Assembly: GCA_039208735.1 (NCBI GenBank)
Contig: JBCCQY010000143.1
Span: forward strand, 1-24,551
DNA length: 24,551 nt
Reading direction: 5' to 3'
Source: Myxococcota bacterium
GTDB taxonomy: Bacteria > Myxococcota_A > UBA796 > GCA-2862545
The notes below the pieces were generated by a model. The model had not been told where the DNA came from and did not search any database. It was given only the letters and a program-made list of their open reading frames with translations. Shown here piece after piece: positions 1 to 7,523 of the stretch. The position numbers and the translations under genes are program-made. The first letter of the stretch is position 1; the number at the start of each line of letters is the position of its first letter.

Positions 1-2
1 GC

Positions 3-710
3 CAGGTAGCCAATCGGCCGCAAAATGAAGCGCAACACCGCACGAACCTCCCTGGCTAGGCCGGTGTCGATCATCAACCCCGGGTCCACCGCGAAGACGT
101 CGACGGCGCGACCCGCCTGGCGAAGCCGAGCCTGGAGGCCCCGCGCCTGAAGCACGTTTCCGAGCTTCGAGGTCGAATACCGAAGTGGCCCAACCGCGAG
201 CCGTTCGGCCTCGGGCAGCGTCTCGGGCAACGCCTGACCCCGAGTCCCAACCCAACGCGGAATGGGGACACCAGCCCGCCGGGCGAGCTGATTGTCAGGA
301 TCGTGGACCCCGCTGCTCAGCACGACAACGCGCCCGCCATCGACGACCCGGCGGGCGAGATGACACAAAATCAGCTGGTGGGCGAGAACGTTGACGGCAA
401 ACGTCAGCTCGAAGCCCTGTGCACTTCGCGCATCTCGGGCAATCGAAATGCCCGCGTTGGTTACGATGCCCGACAGTGGCTCCTCAGGAAGGGCGGCCAA
501 CGCCGATCGCACGCTTTCGAGGTCCGCCAAGTCCGCGAGGAAGGGCACAGCGTGACCCGGCGTGCGTCGGTTGATGTGTTCGCACAGCGCACGAACGGCC
601 TTACCCCGCCGACCGCCCACGAGGAGCGGAGTCCCCTTTGCCGCCAAGCTAAGCGCCAACCGTCGCCCGAGCCCTCCGGTGGCTCCCGTGATCAAAATGG
701 AGTGTTGCAT
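3..710 (-). CDS. SDR-family NAD(P)-dependent oxidoreductase (retinol-DH/protochlorophyllide-reductase-like), runs off the window start
   Basis: Not in the ORF track because it has no stop in the window; translated by hand. MQHSILITGATGGLG carries TGxxxGxG, followed by VTNAG, VVVLSSGVHDP, catalytic YSTSK (YxxxK) and VDPGLMIDTGLAR. AAGGA RBS upstream of ATG 710. Confidence 0.9.
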   Translation of the reverse strand, partial: MQHSILITGATGGLGRRLALSLAAKGTPLLVGGRRGKAVRALCEHINRRTPGHAVPFLADLADLESVRSALAALPEEPLSGIVTNAGISIARDARSAQGFELTFAVNVLAHQLILCHLARRVVDGGRVVVLSSGVHDPDNQLARRAGVPIPRWVGTRGQALPETLPEAERLAVGPLRYSTSKLGNVLQARGLQARLRQAGRAVDVFAVDPGLMIDTGLAREVRAVLRFILRPIGYL

Positions 711-733
711 GTTCCGATTTCCTTGGTGTTTGC

Positions 734-1120
734 TCAAAGTTTACAGTGTGAATCTTTGGATGTAGGAAGACATTCCACGCGTTCTAGGCGTGCCGTCCGG
801 CCGAAGACCGGCAACCCGACGTAGCCACGCATCATCAGATCTCCAGCTTCAAGCCAGACCGTACCCGAGTACACGCGGCCATTGACAGGGGAGACCACGG
901 TGCCGCCCATCCAGCGATCTCCGGCGCGCTGAAAGTCACGCAGGATCGTCTGACCAAGCTGATCGTGCTGCTCGGGTGTCCTCACCCACACGATCGTACC
1001 CGTGAGCAACCCCTCGTTGAGCTTCACCTCGACTTGCCGGGTGTGATCGGGGTTCCAGTACCTGCCCTCAATGTCATCAGCGTACGACACCGCTGCGAGC
1101 CACATCACCAAGCACCACAT
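734..1120 (-). CDS. DUF2147-family exported protein
   Basis: Signal-peptide-like MWCLVMWLAAVSYA, then IEGRYW...LTGTIVW...WMGGTVVSPVNGRVYSG...MRGYVGLPVFGRT, the typical DUF2147 pattern. GGGAGG RBS before ATG 1120. Confidence 0.8.
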   Translation of the reverse strand: MWCLVMWLAAVSYADDIEGRYWNPDHTRQVEVKLNEGLLTGTIVWVRTPEQHDQLGQTILRDFQRAGDRWMGGTVVSPVNGRVYSGTVWLEAGDLMMRGYVGLPVFGRTARLERVECLPTSKDSHCKL

Positions 1121-1353
1121 GCTGCCTCCCAAGCTCCCCCAGCTACACACGCTGGATCTTGGGATCGAACATAGGACTCAAGATTCACAACGTCAATCTT
1201 GAATCAATTCGTCCCGAAGACCAAGCTTCCGTCGATGTTGTCACAAACACGATGGTCAGGTTGGACCTCGGACCGCTGGCACAAGAACAAAAACGAAGCT
1301 CTATTCCACACGGCGTGTGCATTTTCTCAATGCGAAATTTTAGCGAGGTGAAG

Positions 1354-3567
1354 ATGTCCCAATCACCCCCAACACGCGACGAGACCGTCACCTCGGTCGC
1401 CATGTGGATGTTGGGGCAAGTTCCTAGGTGGCTGCTCGATATTCAGACGGACAACGCCGACGTGCGGCGCCGCGGTCAAGCGCTGAGCCTGTTGCTTGCG
1501 ATCTACGTCGGATGTGTTCCCGTCATTCCGGTCTGGCTCGTGCTCGACCCCCAACCCCCTCCTGTCACCAGGTTTTTCCTTATCCTTACGCCAATTCTCG
1601 CCTTGGTGTACGCCTTCGGGATCTGGCTGTGCCGACGAGGATGGGTAGACACGGCCGGATTTGTGATCAGCACCGCCATCGCGGCAACCGCCTTTATCGA
1701 AATGGTCCAGCTGGGTGCTTTTCAGCCCATCGCGTCCATCATCGGTCTTGCGGTGATCAGTGCGGGGTTCGGCATGCGCGCCCATTGGCTTGTGCCCATC
1801 GCTCTGATCTCCGCGGGATTCCTGACGGCGGCGAAGTACGCCGTGACCGGGACGTTGATCACCACTCCCGAGGACCTCGAACTGTTCTTTGCTCTATTCC
1901 TCCTCTACATCATTTCATTTACGAGTTTCCTACACGCGATGTGGACCCAAATCGTCTTCGGACGCCAGCTGGACGCCCAGCGCAAAGCCGAGTCAGCCAG
2001 GGTAGAAGCCGAGCACGCACGTGATGGAGCCCGCATCGCTCAGCGCGAAGCAGAACATTCGAATCAGGCGAAGTCGCTGTTTCTCGCCAACATGTCGCAT
2101 GAGCTTCGCACACCCCTCAATGCGATCATTGGCTACTCTGAGATGCTCGAAGAGGATCTAGACGACAACGGGCTTCTCGACGATGTACAGAAAATCCACC
2201 GATCGGGCCGTCACTTGCTGAGCCTCATCAACGACCTGCTCGACCTTGCCAAGATCGAAGCCGGCCAGATGACGACGTGGATCGAGTCGGTGGAACTGCC
2301 CGAGCTGGTCCGACAAGCTGCCGATGACATTCGCCCCTCGGCGCAATTGCGACGCAACCACCTGCGCATCGAACTCGAAGCGGACTTGGGGACCATCCAC
2401 ACCGACCGCACGAAGCTTCGGCAGGTGCTCCTCAACGTGCTGGCCAATGCCGTAAAGTTCACGAAGGACGGAAACATCTGGGTTCGCGCCAGACAAGTTC
2501 TAAGGATGGGGCGCGAAGAACTCCAGCTCGAGGTGGAAGACACGGGCATCGGCATTGCAGAGGAGAACCTTCAGAAGATCTTCGTGGGTTTCGAACAGGC
2601 AGACCTGTCCACGACACGGGACTATGGTGGCACGGGGCTCGGCCTTGCCGTTTGCCAGCGCCTAAGCGAGTTCCTCGAAGGTTCGATCGAGGTGGCAAGC
2701 ACGCTGGGCCAAGGCTCGACCTTCACCATCCGCGTTCCCATTACCCACAGCCAAGCCAGGCGTCTTCGCGACCTCCGGCCCGACTTGGCCTCGCGACCGA
2801 CGCCGTCGCACCTCAATCCCGAACTCCCCACCGTTCTCGTGATCGACGACGACCCTTCGTCCCGCGAACGACTCACCCGAATGTTGAGGTCCCAACAGCT
2901 CAATGTTGTCTGTGCAGAGTCGGGAGAAGAAGGCCTGTCGTGGCCTCGCGACCATCACGTCGATCTGGTCTTTCTCGACATCCTGCTTCCTGGCGTAAGT
3001 GGCTGGGAGGTGTTGGCGGAACTCAAACGTTGGCGGCCGCGGCTCCCCGTTATCGTAGCTTCGGTGGTGGGGGAGCAGTACCGGGGGTTCGCGCTCGGGG
3101 CCTCGGAGTACCTCATGAAGCCGCTGAAGCGCGAGGCCGTACTCACCAGCGTGAGGCGACTGTTGCCTTCGAATGCGACCGATGTCGACATCTTGATCGT
3201 CGAAGACGATGAAGATGCCCGCTCCTTACTGTCGCGGACCCTTCGTGGGGAGGGATGGACGCTTCGGGAAGCCACCAACGGCGCTGAAGCCATCGGGCTC
3301 CTCGAGCAAGCGCGCGCCGACGTGATTCTGCTCGACCTGATGATGCCCAAGATGGATGGCTTCGACATGATTCGCCATCTTCGGCACCATCCATCCTGGC
3401 GCAGCATTCCTGTGGTCATCGTCACCGCCAAGGAACTCACGCCAGCCGAGCACTCGTTCCTCGAGCAAGGGATGGTCCAGGTCCTGGCCAAGAACGAGCT
3501 TGGTCACGCGGCTCTCGCAGAACAAGTACGAAGGGCCCTCGAACACCGTGCAGTTGTGGCAAACTAG
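1354..3567 (+). CDS. Membrane-bound hybrid sensor histidine kinase (multi-TM, HisKA, HATPase_c, two receiver domains)
   Basis: Hydrophobic N-terminal helices; H-box FLANMSHELRTPLN; N-box NVLANAVKFT; G boxes DTGIGI and GGTGLGL; receivers VIDDD...VFLDILLP and IVEDD...LLDLMMP. Start moved to ATG 1354 (GAGGTG RBS). Confidence 0.93.
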   Translation: MSQSPPTRDETVTSVAMWMLGQVPRWLLDIQTDNADVRRRGQALSLLLAIYVGCVPVIPVWLVLDPQPPPVTRFFLILTPILALVYAFGIWLCRRGWVDTAGFVISTAIAATAFIEMVQLGAFQPIASIIGLAVISAGFGMRAHWLVPIALISAGFLTAAKYAVTGTLITTPEDLELFFALFLLYIISFTSFLHAMWTQIVFGRQLDAQRKAESARVEAEHARDGARIAQREAEHSNQAKSLFLANMSHELRTPLNAIIGYSEMLEEDLDDNGLLDDVQKIHRSGRHLLSLINDLLDLAKIEAGQMTTWIESVELPELVRQAADDIRPSAQLRRNHLRIELEADLGTIHTDRTKLRQVLLNVLANAVKFTKDGNIWVRARQVLRMGREELQLEVEDTGIGIAEENLQKIFVGFEQADLSTTRDYGGTGLGLAVCQRLSEFLEGSIEVASTLGQGSTFTIRVPITHSQARRLRDLRPDLASRPTPSHLNPELPTVLVIDDDPSSRERLTRMLRSQQLNVVCAESGEEGLSWPRDHHVDLVFLDILLPGVSGWEVLAELKRWRPRLPVIVASVVGEQYRGFALGASEYLMKPLKREAVLTSVRRLLPSNATDVDILIVEDDEDARSLLSRTLRGEGWTLREATNGAEAIGLLEQARADVILLDLMMPKMDGFDMIRHLRHHPSWRSIPVVIVTAKELTPAEHSFLEQGMVQVLAKNELGHAALAEQVRRALEHRAVVAN

Positions 3568-3590
3568 GCCATCCTCATGTGGGAGAGAAC

Positions 3591-4198
3591 ATGATGCGTC
3601 CGGCTGCCCTGCTGGCCTGTGGTTTTGTCGCCTGCGCTCCGACTCCGGCGGCAGTCTGCGAGACCCTTGACATGGAAGAGGTGACGGACCTCCGGGCCGA
3701 ACCGTTCGACATCGATGCCCCTGTCGGGCTGGACGCGCTTGTGGGGACCTTCCCGATCCACGCCTGGACGGTGGACGGCGATCCGGCGGGGCCACAGGGG
3801 CCCATTCCAGGGGAGCTTCAGGTGCGCTCGGCAGGGGCCATCGTGGCGGAGCAACGTGGACCCGAGGGCGTGTGTGGGACGACGTGCCGCTCACGTGGCA
3901 TGTCGTCGATGGAGCATCGGTCGTCACCACGCAAGACCCTGACGAGGAAGATGCTCGCTACCCCATCGAAGCCATCACCCAGACCACGCTCGACCTGGCC
4001 TTCGATCAAAGCACGCCCCCGGTGGTGCCGACCGAAATCAGCCTGCGTCTGCTAAGCGAGCCTGGTCGGTTCGCCGGCACGATCCGAGGCTGGGGCGACC
4101 TCAACGTCGACAGCAAGGTGTACCGTGAGGTCGGCTGGTCGATGTTGGCGATCTGCGACGATTGCGCAACCACGCCACCGGCAACCGTTGACCCCTGA
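3591..4198 (+). pseudogene. Putative lipoprotein split by a frameshift near 3870-3880
   Basis: MMRPAALLACGFVAC is lipobox-like, with a GGAG RBS. GC3-rich codons run in the 3579 frame to ~3875, then switch to the 3872..4198 frame at a GTGTGTGGG tract. Confidence 0.55.
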
Positions 4199-4206
4199 CA
4201 CGTCGA

Positions 4207-4809
4207 TCATTCCAAGCCCAACAAGCTCATGTGACGCCGCGCTTCTCCTGCCAGGCCGCCCAATCTGTCCCGCAGGCCATGCACCACCTCGTCCCAGGCC
4301 GCGCGCATCTGCCTCGCACACAACTCGGCGGGCATCCGGCCCACACCGGTGCCCAGTCCCGGACTCATCACCGAAGCGATGGAGCGCAGTGGGCCTTCAT
4401 TGTGCGCTTGGACGGCTCGAAGCGCCGCCCGAAATGCGAGATACGCATTGGGGGTTCTCGCCACGTTCATGGGCACCCGCATCGTTGGCGCGCAGATCAA
4501 CCACCGAATGTCGCCCTCGGGGCGTCCCGTAGGCACGATGAGGGCACACCCTACCGGCAACTCCCCGCCCCAGTCCTCGGCAATGGCCTGTCGGACCCGG
4601 TCTTCCAGATCCCAGCCAAAGTGCTCGACGTAGACCAGGTCGATGCCTCCATCCATGTACCCAAAGCTGTTGGCAGGGCTCACCAAAGCGTCGGCGGTCC
4701 GGTGGAAAATCGGCCCTTCGCTGACGTCGACCTCAGAACGATCCTCGAAATGGGCACGCCAGGCCGCCACTCGGGACGGGCTTTGGTCGCGAAGATGAAG
4801 GGCAAGCAT
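4207..4809 (-). CDS. Macro domain (Appr-1''-p processing / ADP-ribose-binding) protein
   Basis: ADALVSPANSFGYMDGGID, LICAPTMRVP and SPGLGTGVG are macrodomain signature loops. Confidence 0.9.
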   Translation of the reverse strand: MLALHLRDQSPSRVAAWRAHFEDRSEVDVSEGPIFHRTADALVSPANSFGYMDGGIDLVYVEHFGWDLEDRVRQAIAEDWGGELPVGCALIVPTGRPEGDIRWLICAPTMRVPMNVARTPNAYLAFRAALRAVQAHNEGPLRSIASVMSPGLGTGVGRMPAELCARQMRAAWDEVVHGLRDRLGGLAGEARRHMSLLGLE

Positions 4810-4817
4810 GGCGAACT

Positions 4818-7193
4818 CTACCAGTGTTTACCGGGCTCTTCGATCCATTGCCGAACCCGCCGATGAAGGGCGCCTCGCTGAGCGGTCAGCAACCCTTGTG
4901 CGCCCACATCGATCCGATCCTTCAGGCCATGGCGCAATTGGTCGGCACGCTTGGGCTCAGTTTCCTCCATGGCGGTTGCCGCTAGTGCGTCAAGGTAGTT
5001 GCCCACGAAGGCCTGCCCGGTGCCGAGCTGGGCCTCGACTCCCGGATACAATCCGGCTTCCTCCAGGAGAGCCAGTCGCTGGACCACCGCCCATTCGCGA
5101 GGGGTCTGAGGCGTGCTGGCCGCCAAGGTCCGTACTTCCCCTGCGTCAGGCGAGCACAACGCCAATTCGGCGCGCCCCGCAGAGACGAGGTCGTGGCGAT
5201 CGAGGGCCTCGATTTGCTCGAGGGTGCGCCGCATGTCGCGAAGCGCCACGTGGCTTTCGTCGGCTAAGAACCTGGCTTGGGCCTCGTTGAAGCGGGACGC
5301 CAGGTGATGCGCGACGTCCCCGGAGTCTTCGAACGCGGCGATGGCGCGGGCACTCCACGCCGCCGCCTCCTCGAAGCGGCCACAGGTCCGTTCAAGGTCG
5401 GCCCGGGCACGGCAACCGAGCCCCCGAATGCGCGGCTCGCGCGTCGACACGCCAAGGAGCCGACGAATCGATGACCGTGCCGCCCCGAGCCGCCCCAATT
5501 CGATGCGCGCATGCGCTTCATTAAATGCGACAAAAGCCTGCATTGGCAATTCGCCCAAGGTCTCTGCCAGCCGCGCCGCCTCATCATAGCGCTCGATGGC
5601 CGCCGCAAGGTCTCCGCGACGTTGGGCGGTCGCGGCAAGGTTGTTGAGCAGCATCATGACCAGATAGAACCTACGTTCTCGACGCGCTAAGGTCAGTGCT
5701 TCCCGGTGAAGCTGGTCGGCGGTCTCGACGTCCCCGGCAAGCCCCGCGACTGCCCCCAACATGTTGACCGCCGTGAGCCGAAGGTCGATGTCGTCCGTCG
5801 CCAGGCCAGAGAAGAGCAGTGCCCGCGCATCTTCGGGGCGCCCGGCGAAGAACGCCAGCGCACCCCGCACCACCGCGATGGCTGGATCGTGTTCGCCAAC
5901 CAAGACAACCGCATCATCGAGTCGAGCATGCGCGCGGGTCAATGCCCCCGACCGGGCCTCCAGCAGGGCTCCGAGCACCGCAGTCTGGCGAAGGCCCTCG
6001 GCATCCTGACTCCGTACGGCCACATCCTCGAGACGCTGCCACCACGCATGGGCCTGAGCTGGCTGCCCTTGCCGGGTTGCGAGGCGCACCGCCTCGGCGA
6101 GCCCTTCACACTGCTCCGTCGGCGTTCGGGCCGTTCTCAACGCGTGCTCGAGATCCCCGAGTGAACCCGACCGGCGGGCCTGGTCCAGGTACGCCGCACT
6201 GGACGGCCGCCCCGCGGCTTCAAGATGGACAGCGATTCTTCCTGGTGCCTCATCCGCACTTGTGAGCGCATCCGCCAGCCGACCATGCAGCACCTGCGCG
6301 GCCTGGGGAACCAACGCGTCTTGCACCTCTTCTCGGACCTCCCGAGCCACGTGCCCCTCAGGGTTCAGCCACCCCCCATCCCGAAGGTGCTGCAGCGACT
6401 CCGCCAGCGCGAGGTCCGGTTGTTCAACCACCGCCCCCAGCACCGAGACGGGAAGCGGCTCCTCGCTGATGCAGAGGGCTTGCAGAACCTGACGAACCTT
6501 CATCGGCAAGCCCTGTCGGGACGGCATCCGTCGGCGAAGCTGGTCCACGATCGGCGCCCAGGCATCACGACCCTCCAGCTCAAAGCGACGCTCCGCCGCT
6601 TCCAACAGGGTCAGGCCCTCGGCGGTGCGACCTTGCTGCAATCGAACTTCGATCGCGACCCGCCACACCAGTTCGTCGTAGGGCGCCTCTTCGAGCAGCG
6701 GCCAAACGATGCCCCACGCGCCATCGTCATCCTCTTGCCCCAACGCCCGTCGGGCGGCGGAAACGGCCGCTTGCACGCGAACCTGTTCAAGTTCACCGCG
6801 GAGGTGCTCCAGCCATTCGACGAAGGCAGGCGCCCGTACTTGCTCGAGGCCAGAACCGGGCGTGCCGCGCCACCAACGGGAAGGGTCCTGTCCGGTCCCC
6901 ACTGCATGTCGCAGCATGGCCACATCTGTCTCCGCGCGGACTTCGACATGCCCCGGCTCGGTCACCAGCCACTCACCGGCCCCTGGCAACTGCCGCAGGA
7001 CGTGGAGTTCCTGGCGAAGGTTGCGCAGCCGGCCTGCCCCCCACAGCAAGGCACTCACATCATCGCGGGTCTGTCGCCCCTCCACCGCGAGGAAGGCAAG
7101 CATCGCCTTGGCTTTGCGCGAAGGCGGAGCCACTTCCAGGCCCGAATGTTCGAAGCGTGGGGATCCAAGGAGGTGGGCGTGCAGCGCGGCCAT
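4818..7193 (-). CDS. BTAD/SARP (DnrI/AfsR-like) transcriptional regulator with C-terminal TPRs
   Basis: N-terminal LLGSPRF...SRKAKAMLAFLAVEG...TRDDVSALLW...NLRQELHVLRQ (OmpR-like wHTH), then AFVEWLE...PYDELVWR (BTAD), then helical repeats (NMLGAVA, LNNLAATA, FNEAHARIELG). Confidence 0.85.
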   Translation of the reverse strand: MAALHAHLLGSPRFEHSGLEVAPPSRKAKAMLAFLAVEGRQTRDDVSALLWGAGRLRNLRQELHVLRQLPGAGEWLVTEPGHVEVRAETDVAMLRHAVGTGQDPSRWWRGTPGSGLEQVRAPAFVEWLEHLRGELEQVRVQAAVSAARRALGQEDDDGAWGIVWPLLEEAPYDELVWRVAIEVRLQQGRTAEGLTLLEAAERRFELEGRDAWAPIVDQLRRRMPSRQGLPMKVRQVLQALCISEEPLPVSVLGAVVEQPDLALAESLQHLRDGGWLNPEGHVAREVREEVQDALVPQAAQVLHGRLADALTSADEAPGRIAVHLEAAGRPSSAAYLDQARRSGSLGDLEHALRTARTPTEQCEGLAEAVRLATRQGQPAQAHAWWQRLEDVAVRSQDAEGLRQTAVLGALLEARSGALTRAHARLDDAVVLVGEHDPAIAVVRGALAFFAGRPEDARALLFSGLATDDIDLRLTAVNMLGAVAGLAGDVETADQLHREALTLARRERRFYLVMMLLNNLAATAQRRGDLAAAIERYDEAARLAETLGELPMQAFVAFNEAHARIELGRLGAARSSIRRLLGVSTREPRIRGLGCRARADLERTCGRFEEAAAWSARAIAAFEDSGDVAHHLASRFNEAQARFLADESHVALRDMRRTLEQIEALDRHDLVSAGRAELALCSPDAGEVRTLAASTPQTPREWAVVQRLALLEEAGLYPGVEAQLGTGQAFVGNYLDALAATAMEETEPKRADQLRHGLKDRIDVGAQGLLTAQRGALHRRVRQWIEEPGKHW

Positions 7194-7199
7194 ATTCCA

Positions 7200-7228
7200 A
7201 GGCTAGGCCCAGCAAAGGGTCGGGGCAA
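7200..7228 (-). promoter_or_regulatory. sigma70-like promoter, probably leaderless, for the BTAD regulator
   Basis: On the minus strand: TTGCCC (7228-7223), 17 nt, TAGCCT (7205-7200), 6 nt, ATG 7193. No strong Shine-Dalgarno. Confidence 0.55.
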
Positions 7229-7523
7229 GCCGAGGGAGGCAATCCCCACCCGGGCACGCCACGTTGGCCCCGCGCCATCCCCAAGGGCTCGCAGACCATG
7301 ACGTCAAACTGCCGCTCCTGGCTCAGAAAGCGACGACCCGTTCCCTCGAGCACCACTTCCGCGAGCCTGGGAAGCTGCCTGTTTGACGGTAGGGCCACTT
7401 TGTGGCCCCCTACATCTCAAGTCACATGCCTCTGCCAGGCGCTCCGCAACTCGGTCTGTCCCCTATGCTACAACACTCGGGGTGAACCCGTGTAAGCGAC
7501 GGGGGGCGGGACTTGGAGGACGC

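Noticed and set aside
303..824. Long alternative-frame ORFs (303..824, 6225..7301, 10471..11793, 12448..14040, 18222..19250, 22414..23658 and others)
   Set aside because: Antisense or frame shadows of well-supported genes in high-GC DNA.
7389..7413. Hairpin GTAGGGCCAC-TTT-GTGGCCCCCTAC
   Set aside because: A single copy with no U-tract, between divergent genes; it cannot be called a terminator or REP.
7434..7441. GCCAGGCG shared between the toxin-1 upstream region and the 18-bp repeat
   Set aside because: A GC-rich 8-mer is plausible by chance at this composition.
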